A DNA stretch of 64,000 nucleotides from the human T2T-CHM13v2.0 reference genome, Homo sapiens (GCF_009914755.1 NC_060940.1); one strand, 5' to 3'; shown: positions 21,063-41,288, counted from the first letter of the stretch. Numbers and translations are program-made. The notes: a model not told the origin generated them from the sequence alone.

Positions 21063-22408
21063 TATTACTATATTAAGTATCTCCTTGGATCAGGCACAAA
21101 TGCCTGTAGCGCACAAATACATACACTCGTCTACAGAACTGAATAAGAAAGAAATGGTTTCTGCCCGGGTGTGGTGGCTCCCGCCTATAATCCCAACACT
21201 TTAGGAGGCCGAGGCAGGCAGATCACTTGAGGTCAGGAGCTCGAGACCAGCCTGGCCAACAAGGTAAAACCCTGTCTCTACTAAAAATACAAAAATTAGC
21301 TGGGTGTGGTGGTGCGCACCTGTAATCCCAGCTACTCGGGAGGCGGAGGTGGGAGAAACGCTTGAACAACAGGAGGTGGAGGTTGCAGTGAGCTGAGATT
21401 CCACCACTGCACTCCAGCCTGGGTGACAGAGTGAGGATCTGTCTCAAAAAAAAAGAAAAAAGAAAGAAAGAAGTGGTTTCTAACTTCACAAATCATATCA
21501 TCCAGCTGCTAATACAGTCATGATGCTAAAGGCCTTTACATAAAAAGGCGTGGGGTACAGAGGGAAAAAGTACCATGTACAGTAACCATTTCAGAGCAAA
21601 CACCAAATGTGTGTTCCAATGCACCAAGGAGATACAAACGGACAGAATTTAAGAGACAGATAACACATGCTTTTATAAAGGATGTCAAAATATTGACAAT
21701 TTAGCTTTATCTCTGTAAATAAGTTATACCAGTTCTATTCCACATTCTACTCTCAGGAAGTGCTGGGAATATTCCCTAGTAGCCCCAGTTGAGAATTCCA
21801 GAAAAGGTCAGTTCCAACTAAGCAATGAAAACAGGTAGATCAGAATGTAACTACAAAGACTTGGTTCATCCATGTTAAACAACACCATGGGCCAGTCGCG
21901 ATGGCTCAAGCCTATAATCCCAGCACTTTGGGAGGCCAAGTCGGGTGGATCACCTGAGGTCGGGAGTTCAAGACCAGCTTGACCAACGTGGAGAAACCCC
22001 ATCTTTACTAAAAATACAAAATTAGCCGGGCATGGTGGCACATGCCTGTAGTCCCGCCATTGCACTCCAGCCTGGGCAACAAGAGCAAAACTCTGTCTCA
22101 AAAACAAAACAAAACAAAAAAAATATGCAGATACAATCAGTGTAATCTAATTGTGGAGAAACCACAGGATGAACTATTGCTTTAATAAACTACAGGAAAA
22201 GAAAAACACAAACCCAAAAAGGAGAAGGAGACAGACTTAAAAAGATGAGAAATATATCAACCACTTACAGGTATGGACTTTATTTAGATTCTCACTGAAA
22301 CCATTTTTCAAACAATTTGTAACTAAAAAAAGAGAGAGAGACTATTGGGGAAATCTGAATGCTGCTTAGATACTTGATGATATTAAAGAGTTACTGTTAA
22401 TATTTTTA

Positions 22409-22791
<383 letters not shown>

Positions 22792-23241
22792 TCAGAAAAG
22801 AAAAAAATCACAAGGGGGATGAAGGTGGAGGTGAAATGGTGGGTGGAGGAAAAGATGAAATAAAATTGGATGTATGATGACAAGTGTTGAAGGTGACGAT
22901 GAACACAGGCAGTTCATTTTCTTCTCCCTATTTTTACAGAATGTTTGAAATTTTCCACTATAAAAAGGTTACAAACAAATCATCTTGGCTCTTGTCCTTG
23001 GACTCTGATATGAGGTCCTGCTCCACACCCAACAGTCCTAACTGTGGCTTCTGGGAGCAGCCTAAAGTGAGCCCCTTGCAACAACATGAGACTTACAATT
23101 CCACTCAGCCACGGCGCAGCCCAGACAGAGGCAGTTAGAGAGGGAGATGGAAAGGAATAGGAAGGAACGGGAAAGAACTGGAAGGAAGAAAATGAAGACA
23201 AACCAAGGCGCCAGGGTGAGGTGGGAGAAGCATACACTCAC

Positions 23242-23279
23242 CAACAGCAGACAGTGCAACAGTAGGTTTCCTTGTGTCT
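23242..23279 (-). CDS. WDR59: WDR59 exon 6 (DTRKPTVALSAVA, 38 nt)
   Basis: atttcag acceptor, TTG|GTGAGT donor; restores phase between exons 5 and 7. Confidence 0.93.
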
Positions 23280-23483
23280 CTGAAATATAAAAATAAAAAA
23301 TCAAATCCCCAATTTATATGCCACCACCCACCTGGTATTTTTCACCCTTTGCACACAATTCTTCGCTTTCCTTTCAGTGGGAACTTGGAGTAGGTAGATC
23401 CGCTGTGAGGGCCTTAAAAAGAAGTCTAAAGAGAGACCTGCTGGCCAGGTACGGTGACTCATGCCTGTAATTCCAGCACTTCA

Positions 23484-23966
<483 letters not shown>

Positions 23967-24053
23967 TCACCTGAGCCCAGGGGTTCAAGGCTGTACTGAG
24001 CTGAGATGACATCACTTCACTGCAGACTGGGTGACAGAGTAATACCTTGTCTC

Positions 24054-24202
24054 AAAAAAAAAAAAAAAAAAAAAAAAGAAAGGAAAGAAAGAGAGGAAGG
24101 AAGGAAAGACAGGAAGGAAGGGGGAAGGGTGAAAATGAGGGAGGAAAGGAGGGAGGGAGGGAAAGAAGGAGGGAGGGAAGGAGAGAGGGAGGGAGGGAGG
24201 AC
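24054..24202 (+). repeat. Polypurine (A/GGAA/GGGA) low-complexity tract
   Basis: Alu tail expanded into ~150 nt almost free of pyrimidines. Confidence 0.9.
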
Positions 24203-24440
24203 AGACTCTAACTAGGGAAGAGTTCTCCTTAAGGTCTTGCCTGGAGAGGTCCTGGCTCTCTTCTCTATCCCCCTACAACTGTGTCTTTCACTCTCAAATA
24301 ATATATTTGCGCTCAAATCTCTCACTCAAACTTGTCTCGAGGTCTGTATCGAGGGGAAACCAAACTAAGACACTTGATCTCTAAAACAAAGGTCCCAAAT
24401 CACCCCCAACCAAGTGGTTATGCCTCCTAATTGTTCTTAC

Positions 24441-24521
24441 TTGATATCCCAAATGTAGATGTAGGTGTCCACAGAGCTGGTAACCAGGAGGTCAGGCTCA
24501 AACACCGCCCAGTCCAAGTCG
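24441..24521 (-). CDS. WDR59: WDR59 exon 5 (DLDWAVFEPDLLVTSSVDTYIYIWDIK, 81 nt)
   Basis: ctttgtgtcccag acceptor, CAA|GTAAGA donor; WD40 S-x-D...IWD motif. Confidence 0.95.
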
Positions 24522-24766
24522 CTGGGACACAAAGAATAAACAGAACAAAGAAAAGGAAAAAAATTCAGAGTCCAGGTCCAAAGCACTAGCACATCGAGTC
24601 TCCAGTGGCTTCAGAATGTCATCATTAACGGGCTTCTTAATGTGGTTTAGGCTGAGAATCTCCAAAGTTCCTTGGGAACGAACATGAGTTTGGAAGGAAA
24701 CTGTCAGGTCCTTCGCCAGCTATACCATCATCTGCTCCCAGAAAAGAAATGGAGTGCTTCAACTTA

Positions 24767-25048
<282 letters not shown>

Positions 25049-25677
25049 TCAAAACAAACAAACAAACAAACAAACAAACAAAATTTCTCTCTCTAAATAA
25101 ACAAACAAAGGAAAAACACATAAAGTAATCTTTATCATTTTCTAAATCAAATTCCACCAGAGGCACCTTGGGTAAACCCAACATCCTTAAGCAGCGGCAA
25201 ACTGCCACACTGCCATGCAGCACCCAGAGAGGGCCAGAGGCCTGTGGTGTCCCCTACCCATGTTCTCCTTCCTAGACAGGCAGCAACTGCACAGAACATT
25301 CCACCCAACCCAGGTGTCTCACCTTTCCCAGCACTTCCAGGTCAGCTTAGCCCAGAAACAGTGACCCAGGGAAAGAGTGGATCAAGGAAAACTCGAAACC
25401 AACTGGAAGCCTCGACTGGGAGGCGGCTGTGCCCTTGGGTAATGAACTGTGACGCAGGAGCTCTGTAACCGCTGCTGCCGGAGAGAAAGCCAAGGGCCAC
25501 TCCCTGACATCCACATGTCCTCCCAGGCACCACTGATCATGAACTGGGGGATTCTGCTGCATAACCACTCCTCTCCTATGTTGAAAATCAGCTCTAGGCC
25601 AGGCACAGTGGTTCACGCCTGTAATCCCAACACTTTGGGAGGCCAAGGCAGGTGGGTCACTTCAAGTTAGGAGTTCA

Positions 25678-25905
<228 letters not shown>

Positions 25906-26180
25906 TCAGCTCTAATCCTTTACCCTGGACTGGACTATATCCATCCGGGATATGGTCTGGGATGGGGGTCAACAGCTACGCGATGGTACTTCCTAAATGC
26001 CGGCTGTTCCTCACTGTGCTCTTCACCACCATCTCAGTGAATGCTAATAACCCGCTGACCACCCGGGACCTGTGCAACACAGACAGTCAAGCCATGCAAG
26101 GAGGACGGCATCATCATTTCGTTCCCAGGGGACTGTGACAAAGCAAGACAGCCAAAGAGCTGTGGAGGGCTGGTGCCTAC

Positions 26181-26266
26181 CTGATGACACGAGTGTGGCC
26201 TTGTAAGGTTGTGCCAACTTCCCCACTGCCGTCTTTCCACTTGTAAAGGTCTACTCGTTGGTTACT
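26181..26266 (-). CDS. WDR59: WDR59 exon 4 (SNQRVDLYKWKDGSGEVGTTLQGHTRVIS, 86 nt)
   Basis: ctttcttttcag acceptor, CAG|GTAGGC donor; WD40 GH motif (LQGHT). Confidence 0.95.
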
Positions 26267-27050
26267 CTGAAAAGAAAGGAAAGAAGGCCACAGGCAAGTA
26301 TGTTGGGATATATGGTCTTGCCCCAATCAGCTTAAGGCAGTGAAGAGGAAGCCAGGGATCTCATGCATGGCAAAGATCCTTCAGGCTGAACTTTTCTTTA
26401 AAAAGCCATCAGGAATAAGTACAATTAACATTAGCTTGAGCTAACTTCAGCTCAGTATGTAGGTCTGTGAATCTCAAAATGGAAAGGCAGGACTATCTTA
26501 AGAGATGCATCTTGAACAGTCACAGCTGAACTGAAGGTGCAGAAGCACTTCTGCAGACGAGCTTCATGGGCCAGGAAAATGTCCCGGCCACTAGAGGAAC
26601 CTCCTCCCTCTGAAGGTCACACACTCGTCTCCCCAGCTGCTGGTACACTGGATGTCTCCAGCTCACCCTTCCATGACCAAATGCCCAGAGTCCACCTACC
26701 ACAGGTTTTTGTTTTTTTTTTTTTCTTGAGATGGGATCTACATTGCCCACGCTTTTCTAGAACTCCTAGGCTCAAACAATCCCCTTGCCTCAGAGTCTAG
26801 GATAGCTGGGATAAGGTGTGAGGTGTGAGGACTGCGCCATCACAACTGGGTCCCGTGTCACTTTAAAAACATAGGTGCATAAGAGAGAAAAAAGAGGCTG
26901 GGCTTGGTGGCTCATGCCTGTAATCCCAGCACTTTAAGAGGCTGCTTGAGCCCAGGAGTTCAAGACCAGTCTGGGCAACATAGCCAGATCGCATCTCTAC
27001 AAAAAAAATTAAATATTAGCCAGTCATGGTGGTGCATGCCTGTGGTCTCA

Positions 27051-27224
<174 letters not shown>

Positions 27225-27873
27225 CTAGAAGGCAAAATTATTTAACACTCCTTGAAATAATGCCTGTATTTAATTTCTTAAAGGGTTAAGCAGAAAGTGA
27301 CAAGGAAAATGGACCAGAAGAAACCACAGCTACAATAGAAAAATAACTTCCATCAAAGTACATTTCACTTAAATACACAACAAAACAGCAAAGGCTCCCG
27401 ACATATCATGACTTTATGAAACACACTGAAAGTGATAAAGATTACTAGTAGGCTGAAAACAACGGCAGGCTACTTAATAATTTTTTAAATTATATATATA
27501 TATATATACACATTAGACTGATTGTCATTTTAGCTCAGAGACAGACAGACGTATAAAATTCTGAGATTTTTGTCCTGAAATACCAGTTTCCAAATTGAAA
27601 AAGGTAAGATTCTTGTGAAAAGGTTAGGATTCAAAATAGCTTCCAAAGAGAATAGGAATGAAAAGAAAAGTTCCCTCTTCTAATAATATTCCCTGCCATT
27701 TCTGGAGGGTCTGCTAGTGCCAGTCCACCTTAACGAATCTGGCCTCTGACCTCTCCCAGCACACGACACAGCGGGTATCATCACCCACATTATAGATGAG
27801 GCAAGCAAGGCTCAGAAAATTGTGGGGCCTCTCAAGATAAAAGACAGAATGTTAAAACTAGGACTTGACCTCA

Positions 27874-29830
<1,957 letters not shown>

Positions 29831-29924
29831 GTGAAGGAACAAATTTTAAAAAGGCTGTCTTTGTTAGCACTCCCGAACAAATGCAGTGTTAATCCACTGA
29901 GTACAACAACTGAGGCGTCAGCCT

Positions 29925-30132
29925 AAACCCAATCAGAGGTGATTTTGCTTCCCAGAGGACATCTGACAGTGGCTGGAGACATTTTTGATTGTCATAACAA
30001 CAGGTGGGGAGCATACTACTGAGATCTAGCAGGTAGGGCCAGGGATGCTGCTGAACTTCCTGCAACGCACAGGACAGCCCCACCACAAAGAATGACCTAA
30101 CAAGCCAGTAGTGCCAAGGTTAAAAAACCCTG
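29925..30132. mobile_element. MER20 (hAT-Charlie)
   Basis: gtgattttgc...ggagacatttttgattgtc...cagggatgctgc...caggacagcccc...gtgccaaggttaaaaaaccctg. Confidence 0.8.
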
Positions 30133-31197
30133 GACTAGACGATCAGGGGCCGAGGGTGAGAGGGAAATAAGGGTCCCGAGGTATAAACCAACTAAAAGAG
30201 CTCCTTCTAGCACTCAGGAAAGAGGCCTGAGAGTAGAAAGGCAGGAAGACTGACTCTGCCTTTCTCTTTGAGAATAGCCCTGAAAATCAGCGCAACCTCG
30301 GACATCCACAGTTAAAGGCAGACTCTATTTTGGAAATAGCTGGGAAGGGCGGCTTTCTGTTCCTTCTCAAGCTGACAAAGTTGCTCTTCTTTCCTTGCTC
30401 AGTTGCTTTCCTTCTGCAGACTGCCTTTCCTGACAAGAACAGACTGAGACAGACTGCACAGTGGTCCTGCCCCTGGTGAATCAGAAGAATTCCTTTAAAT
30501 ACTCTCCTGCCAGCCCAATGCAAAAAGAGCAAAAAGTTTAGATCTCTCATTATTCTAGAATACAATGTGACACAGAATCTGGAGAAAGATGCCAGACAGG
30601 TTGTAGTCCAGAATCTTTTTGTATAAAGAAAAGATTTTTGTATTAGAAAACCTAACAAAACTTATACATGTTTTCCCTAGGGAAAAAAAAAATCACACAT
30701 AAACAGGCACATAGAATTTGATGGGGTTAACGAAATCTAATGATTCCCAATCAAGGAAGAATCCCTTCCTTTGAATAGAAGGGTAGGGGGAGTCTTCTGA
30801 TCCCTCTGAAAGCAATGAAGGTCAACTCCACACCAGCTCGCCAGTTACCCTCCTTAGAATGTCTTTCAAAGTCATCTGCCATTTGTCCGCTGGCTAGTTA
30901 CATTGCTGCTGATGAAACAGGTTCTCACCACTCACAGAAATGGATGCATCTGCCTGTTTCCCTTTCAAAATCTGAATTCAGTCCCTAGTAATACAAGGCC
31001 TGACACCGATGGGACCAGCGAGCATTCCCACGTATATTTAATCCGTAACTTGCCTCTGTCTTTTTCTCAGAACCATCCAAACCTCTTTTCCAAATGAGCA
31101 ATGAGGACTGCATTCTCTTCTCTACACAGGGCATAGATCTGCCAGCCCCAGATGACACATTTAACAGCATTCTCCTGTATTCCTTAAATAAGCTCAC

Positions 31198-31333
31198 CGA
31201 AGCCGCAAAATAGTGTGCAAAGCTGTCATGAGGATTCCACTGCACAGCTCCAATGTCCCATTTGCTCTGGCGAGAGATCTTTCGGTGACCTTCGAAAGGG
31301 GCATCTAGATTGACGATGTATAAGAATCTGCGG
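31198..31333 (-). CDS. WDR59: WDR59 exon 3 (RRFLYIVNLDAPFEGHRKISRQSKWDIGAVQWNPHDSFAHYFAAS, 136 nt)
   Basis: gtctctag acceptor, TCG|GTGAGC donor; seen inside ORF 30985..31461. Confidence 0.96.
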
Positions 31334-31734
31334 CTAGAGACCAACATCAACATTATAATAGTATAAAAACACAACATCATTAGCATTAAGATAGAAAAGC
31401 ACAATTGGAATTGCATACAATTTGCAAGCAGTGCTCCAAAAAACCCAAACACACATGGCATTTATTTACTCTGAAAGGCAAAGAAGTGACAAGTGTAATT
31501 CAAGGTGGCTGTCACACAAAGGGAAGAAGTGTCCCTGTGAGAGTCCCACCTCCAGAGATGGCCTTCCCTACCACATCCATCCATGAGAGTCTGGATTCAC
31601 CTCCAACCTGCCCTTCTCCCAGCCTTTCCCAATCCCCCAGCTAGGGTTAATTACTGAATTAATTAATTCCACATTACTCCCATTGCATAGTTTGCATTTT
31701 GACCACAGCATTTATCTTGTAGCAGGACTAATAA

Positions 31735-32107
<373 letters not shown>

Positions 32108-33168
32108 TGAATATCTCTGTATGCTTCACATCGCCAGGCTCAGTGCTCTGCACTCAACAAATGTGAGTTAAATTAAACATATCACTTATTACTAAGCCAA
32201 AATCCTGTAGAAGCAGAAAATCTCAAAATTCCCCTTACTACTTCCTGGTCAAGAAAACTCAACTAAATCTATCAGGAGGGTTAACAATAACAACAAAAAG
32301 GAATAATAATTAAAATAACATATGAAGTGCCAGTAATGTTTAAGGTTCCAATCAACATGAAGGATCTGAAAACAGGGAGGTTCTGCATTCACCTATTTTC
32401 TTTTTAAGTAAAATACCCTTGGTGTGTGAATCAACATCTCTGCAGCCATCAGCTATTGATTCTTTGCTAGAGACCACTCCAAGCCCCTGGAGATCAATGA
32501 GAATAGGCAGGCTCAAAAATGAAGAAAAAGATTAATCATCCCTGCTCAGAAGAGCCAGGAAATGGCATACAAAACTCTAGGTGGTAGCAGAACTCTGAGG
32601 AGAGAAGATGGAGGGAGAAGAAGAAAAGCCAGGGGAATACACAATTTCACAGAATTTCCAGGACTTCTAAGAAAGTGCAGAACAAATATCACATAGAATC
32701 TCTGGCCTGCTCCAAAGGAATCACCTGATCCTGCGATGGCCAGCTGGCATCGTCCCATCAGAAGAACAACAGGACAAGGCTAGTAGCTATACATGTGAGG
32801 TGAGTATCAATAGGGGGCTGCAGAGACTTTACAGGGCAAATGTACAAAGGCAGAAAGTGGGCACTTCAGGGTGAACACGCCTGATGGAACATAGGTGTTT
32901 ATCTTCATTTTCCCCAATGCTCCACTATAATAAGAGTAAAGAAGACAAAAAACCTCCAAAGACAAAGAAAATGAGACAGGAAATGAAAAACAGGTGGACA
33001 AATGGTAATTGATCTAAAGAAAGCTAAATAGGCCAGGCATGGTGGCTCACAACTCTATTCCCAGCACTTTGTGAGGCCAAGGTGGGTGGATAGCCTCAGG
33101 TCAGAAGTGGGAGACCAGCCTGGCCAACATGGTGAAACCCTGTCTCTACTAAAAATACTAAAAAATTA

Positions 33169-33441
<273 letters not shown>

Positions 33442-33693
33442 TCAAGACAAGGGCAAGGGGTAGGGCTAGAAGACAACAAGCAGAACAAAACTAGGACACC
33501 TGTTTGAAAGACCACTAAGGAGGCCGGGCACAGTGGCCCACGCCTATAATCCCAGCACTGTGGGAGGCCGAGGCGGATGGATCACCTGAGGTCAGGAGTT
33601 CGAGACTAGCCCGACCAACATGGAGAAACCCCTGACTAATAAAAAAAAAATTAGCCAGGCATGGTGGTGCATGCCTGTAATCCCAGCTACTCA

Positions 33694-33798
<105 letters not shown>

Positions 33799-34821
33799 TC
33801 AACAAAAAAACACTAAGGAGAGGGTTATGTGCAACCCATCCACCCAGGTGGCTGCCTCAGTGGAGAGTGGGTGCTATTCTCCCCTAGAGCAGCCCCAGAC
33901 CTGGGAAGTGGGAAGTGCTGCACTAAGTCATTCCTCTCTCTATGCAGCACTCACGACTCTGCCTTTTACTCTTCAGATAGACTTCTCAGGAGAAAATAAC
34001 CAGCCCAGGAAAAAACAAAAGCAAGCAAACAACAACAAAACTCTGCAGACAATGACATTTGGACATCCACTAACAGGGCCTGGTTCCCACCTGATCTCCT
34101 CCACCGTCTACCCACTTAAAGAGAGATGCCAGTCGCTCTTTAGCATTAGCAGCCAACGATCTCAGTCACCGGAGGAAACCTGAAGGATAGGGACTAATGC
34201 AACAGAAAGGAAAAAAGCCTTCATGGTTGGAAGCAGCAGCTCACACTGGAACTCTTAGTGCTGCAGGCCGAGGCAGAAGCATCGCTTGAGGCCCGGAGAT
34301 AAGACCAGCCTGGGCAACCTGGCAAGACCTTATCTGCATAAAGAAAAAAAAATTATAATAAAATAAAATAAAATTAGCCAGGTGTGGTGACATGTGCCTG
34401 TACTCCCAGCTACTGAGAAGGCTGAGATGGGAGGATTGCTTGCCCAGCAATTCAAGGCTGCAGCGAGCCATGATTGCACCACTGCACTCCAGCCTAGGTG
34501 ACAAAACAGAAAAAGAAAAGGAAAGAAAAAACTCCTCCCTTGCCTCCCCACCGCCCTCCAAAATAATAACAATAAGAAAAAAAAAAAAAGAGGAAGAAGA
34601 AAAGAAGAAATTCAAAGGAAACGGCGATAAATGCAGAAGAGAAAAAATCTTGGAACCAATATTTTCCAAGAGTTAAGAGACAATATAAATAATAATAAAC
34701 ATTAAAACAATAGTTGAAATTTTTTGAAAATTAAAATAGTTGAAATTTTTTTTTTAAATCTGAAAGTAGTGTTAGAAGCTAAAGTTTAGGCCGGGCGCAG
34801 TGGCTCACACCTGTAATCCTA

Positions 34822-35136
<315 letters not shown>

Positions 35137-36087
35137 TCATACAAGATATCCAACATTGACTACTAGTAGGAATTCCAACAAGAAAGAATGAGAAGAGAAA
35201 ATGAGGTCAGGTACGTGGTTCACATCTGTAATCCCAGCACTTTGGGAGGCTGAGGTGGGTGGATCACCCAAGGTCAGGAGTTTGAGATCAGCCCGGCCAA
35301 CACAGCAAAACCCCATCTCTAATAAAACTACAAAAATTAGCTGGGCTTGGTGGCGCTCACCTGTAATCCCAGCTACCTGGGAGGCTGAGGCATGAAAATC
35401 GCTTGAACCCAGGAAGCAGAGGTGGTTGCAGTGAGCCAAGTTTTCATCACTGCACTCCAGCCTTGGTGACAGAGCAAGATTCCGTCTCAAAAATAAAAAA
35501 AAAAAAAAAAAGAGAGAGAGAAAGAAAATGGGAAAATAAAAGGGAGAAAATGATCAAAGACATAATACAGAAACATTTCTCTAAACTAAAAGATACAGAT
35601 TTCCAGATTTGAAGGACCTTCCAAGGTTCTAAAAAAAATTTCTGTATCTTAATCAGAATGGTGATTACATGAGTATATATATTTGTAAATTTCAGCTATT
35701 TACTTAAGTTTACCACACTTTATACAATTTACTACACATATTGTAAAATTCAGTATAAGAAAATGCCAGGTGCAGTGGCTCACGTCTATAATCCCAGCAT
35801 TTTGGGGGGCCAAGGCAGGAGGATCAACTTGAGCCCAGGAGTTCAAGATCAGCCTAGGCAACACAGGGAGACCCTGTCTCTACAAAAAAAAAAAACTTAG
35901 CCAGACAGGCGTGGTGGTACATGCCGGCAGTCCCAGCAGTTTGGAGGTTGAGGTGGAAGGATCACTTGAGCCCTGGAAGTCGAGACTGCAGTGAGCCGTA
36001 ATCTGCATTCCAGCCTAGGCAACAGAGTGAAACCTTGTCTCAAAACAACAACAACAACAAAAAAAACCCAATATAAGAAAATGAAAG

Positions 36088-37614
36088 TTCTAGGTCTTTC
36101 AAGAATTACCACACTGTTTTCCACAATGGTTGAACTAATTTACATTCCCATCAACAGTGTAAAAGCATTCCTATTTCTCCACAGCCTCACCAGCATCTGT
36201 TGTTTCTTGACTTTTTAATAATTGCCACTCTGACTGGCGAGAGATGGTCTCTCATTGTGGTTTTGATTTGCATTTCTCTAATGATCAGTAATGATGAGCT
36301 TTTTTTCATATGTTGGCTGCATAAATGTCTTCTTTTGAGAGGTGTCTGTTCACGTCCTTTGCCCACTTTTTAACGGGGTTGTTTATTTCTTGTAAATTTG
36401 TTTAAATTCCTTGTAGATTCTGGATATTAGACCTTTGTCAGATGAATAGGTTGCAAGAATTTTCTCCCATTCTGTAGGCTGTCTGTTCACTCTGATGATA
36501 GTTTCTTTTGCTGTGCAGAAGCTTATTAGTTTAATCAGATCCCATTTGTCAATTTTTGCTCTTGTTGCAATTGCTTTTGGTGTTTTTGTCATAAAATCTT
36601 TGCCCATGCCTATGTCCTGAATGGTACTGCCTAGATTTTCTTCTAGGGTTTTTATAGTTTTGGATTTTACATTTAAGTCTTTAATCCATCTTGAGTTTAT
36701 TTTTTTATAAGGTTTAAGGAAGGGGTCCAGTTTCCATTTTCTGCATATGGCTAGCCAGTTCTTCCAGCACCACTTGTTAAACAGGGAATCCTTTCCCCAT
36801 TGATTGTTTTTGTCAAGTTTGTCAAAGATCAGATGGTTGTAGATGTGCAGTCTTATTTCTGATATCTCTATTCTATTCCATTGGTCTATATGTCTGCTTT
36901 GTGCCAATACCATGCTGTTTTGGTTACTGTAGCCTTGTAGGATAGTTTGAAGTCGGGTAGCGTAATACCTCCAGCTTTGTTATTTTTGTTTAGGATTGTC
37001 TTGGCTATACAGGCTCTTTTTGGGTTCCGTATGAATTTCATAGTTTTTCTAATTCTGTGAAGAATGTCAATGGTAGTTTAATGTGAACAGCATTGAATCT
37101 ATAAATCACTTTGGGAGGTATGGCCATTTTCACGATATTGATTCTTCCTATCCATGAGCATGGAATGTTTTGCTATTTGTTTCTGTCCTCTCTGATTTCC
37201 TTGTACAGTGGTTTGTAGTTCTCCTTGAAGAGGTCCTTCACTTCCCTTGTTAGCTGTATTCCTAGGTATTTTATTCTCTTTGTAACAATTGCGAATGGGA
37301 GTTCATTCATGATTTGGCTCTCTGCTTGCCTATTGTTGGTGTATAGGAATGCTTGTGATTTTTGCACATTGATTTTGTATCCTGAAATTTTGCTAAAGTT
37401 GCTTATCAGCTTAAGAAGCTTTTGGGCTGAGACAATGGGGTTTCCTAGATATAGGATCATGTCATCTGCAAACAGGGACAGTTTGACTTCCTCTCTATTT
37501 ATTTTTTCTTTTTTCTTTTTTTTTTTCTCTCTTCCTATTTGAATATTCATTATTTCTCTTGCCTGATTGCCCTGGCCAGAACTTTCAATACTATGTTGAG
37601 TAGGAGAGGTGAGA

Positions 37615-37615
<1 letters not shown>
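36088..37615 (-). mobile_element. L1PA ORF2 segment, inverted 5' part of a twin-primed L1
   Basis: ORFs 36383..36913 and 37173..37550 translate to ORF2p ([15 protein letters not shown] motif; [12 protein letters not shown]). Confidence 0.92.
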
Positions 37616-38495
<880 letters not shown>

Positions 38496-38905
38496 TTTTT
38501 TTTAAAAAGAAGAGAAAATACTTCAAGAGGCCAAGGCAGAGGCAGATGGATTGCTTGAGTCTGGGATGTCAAGGCTGCAGTGAGCTGAGATCACATCAGC
38601 GAATACACTCCAGCCTGGGTGACAGAGTGAGACCCTGTCTCAAAAGAAAGAAAGAGAAAAAGGGAGAAAGAGAGAGAGAGAGAATATGAAATGAGGCCAA
38701 GGTGAGAGGATTACTTGAGCCCAGCAGTTCAAGACCAGCCTGGGCAACAAAGCAAGACCCTCATCTCTAAAAAAAAGAAAAAAAGAAAGAAAATGAAATA
38801 TAAAGATTCAAGATCATGTTGAAAAATAGTAAAAATGTGTGCCAAGCACGGTGGCTCACACCTGTAATCCCAGGACTTTGGGAGAATAAGCCGGGCAGAT
38901 CACTA

Positions 38906-39177
<272 letters not shown>

Positions 39178-39608
39178 CTAGGCACCCAGTATGACACACA
39201 AAAAAATGATATAAATAATTTTCTCCAGGGAGGTGGTCAGAGGTAGGAAGGAAATTTACTTTTCATTGTATATCCTTCTGAAATTTTTACACGTTTACCA
39301 TGTTGTATACTTTTTTAAAAAAGGTAAATTAAAACATAATTTCAAAATAAAGTAATGAAGCTGATAGAAAAGAAAATATTTTCACTGATTTGTAAATGGG
39401 TTCATAAACAACTACATTAATGAAAATACAGTGGATCCTAGAGGTAAGGACTGTACTCGAGAGCAACACGAAAGGAAAAGGGGACCATGACCATCAAAAA
39501 AAAATTTTTGGCTGGGTACGGTGGCTCACACCTGTTATCCCAGCACTTTAGGAGGCACTTTGGGAGGCCAAGGCAGGTAGATCACCTGAGGTCAGGAGTT
39601 CGAGGTCA

Positions 39609-39803
<195 letters not shown>

Positions 39804-40513
39804 TCAAAAAAAAAAAAAAATTTTTTTTTGAGATGGGGTCTTGCTATGTTGCCCAGGCTGGTCTTGAACTCCTTGGCTCACGTGGTCCTCCTGCCTCAGC
39901 TTCGCAAGTAGCTGGGACTACAGGCCATGCCTGGCTTGATTATTACATTTTATCCCAATAGTACGATGTTAGGGTTATTAGAAAAGCAGAGATGGCCCTT
40001 AATTGCCAGTCTTAAAAATTTTGAGCCAGAAGATGCTACAGAAACTTGTCATTCAGTTCCTTCATGATGAAATCAAATTCCTTCATGAGAAAACCAAAGT
40101 CCAGTTAAGCCAAACTGAATAAATGTCCAGGGGCTCACAGTTAGTGGCACCGTCAAACTGGAACTCAGATTCCTTCAATCCTAGGAACCACCTGCTTCAC
40201 CAAAATAGATTTCATCCTTCAGGTATGTAGTAGCAAACATCCTTGAGTCTTGCAGTAAACAGAAAACTGCAATTTCAAGTTCAAGCTACCAGTCACTAAA
40301 ACTTCAAAGGTGTTTTATTGCTTACCTATTAGGGCAGAGATTAAAATAAACTGCAAATAATCCCACCGAGTAGCCCTGAGGCAAACAGGATATCAGAACT
40401 AAACCCTATGATCATAATCCGTAAATATAAGAATAGCTTCCAAGTTCCCAGAAACCCCGATTTGCAAATCGTTTCCAGAAATCATGGCAGACAAACTCGG
40501 CAAGCTTACTTAC

Positions 40514-40563
40514 CCAGAAAGCACTGCATGCTGCCCAAGACAGTCCACAGACATCGCAGTTGC
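40514..40563 (-). CDS. WDR59: WDR59 exon 2 (ATAMSVDCLGQHAVLSG, 50 nt)
   Basis: ttctctctctcag acceptor, GG|GTAAGT donor; in phase with exons 1 and 3. Confidence 0.95.
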
Positions 40564-40925
40564 CTGAGAGAGAGAACACAGAGTCAGTGCTGCCAGCAAA
40601 CCCAGCCGGGGATAGAAGGCAGAGGTCTCTGTGGCTCTTCCTCTTCCTGTCTCCCAAGAAGTCCCCAGCTCGCAGGTATCATTAGTTCTCTACAGTGGAT
40701 GCTTCTACCCACCCACTTCTAATTTACAACCCAATTCCACATTCACTTTTTTTATTTTTTGTAGAGACAGGGTCTTGCTATGTTGCCCAGGCTGGACTCC
40801 AACTCCTGGTCTCAAGTGATCCTCCCATTTCAGCCTCCCAAGTACACATTCATTTTTGACAATAGGGCAGTTGCTACCTGTTACCCCCACACCAAGACTA
40901 CATGCAACCAAGCTGGTACATTCTA

Positions 40926-41288
<363 letters not shown>

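Noticed and set aside
36383-37550. Reverse-transcriptase-like ORFs as a novel RT system
   Set aside because: They are broken L1 ORF2 fragments with stops, an insertion and 5' truncation
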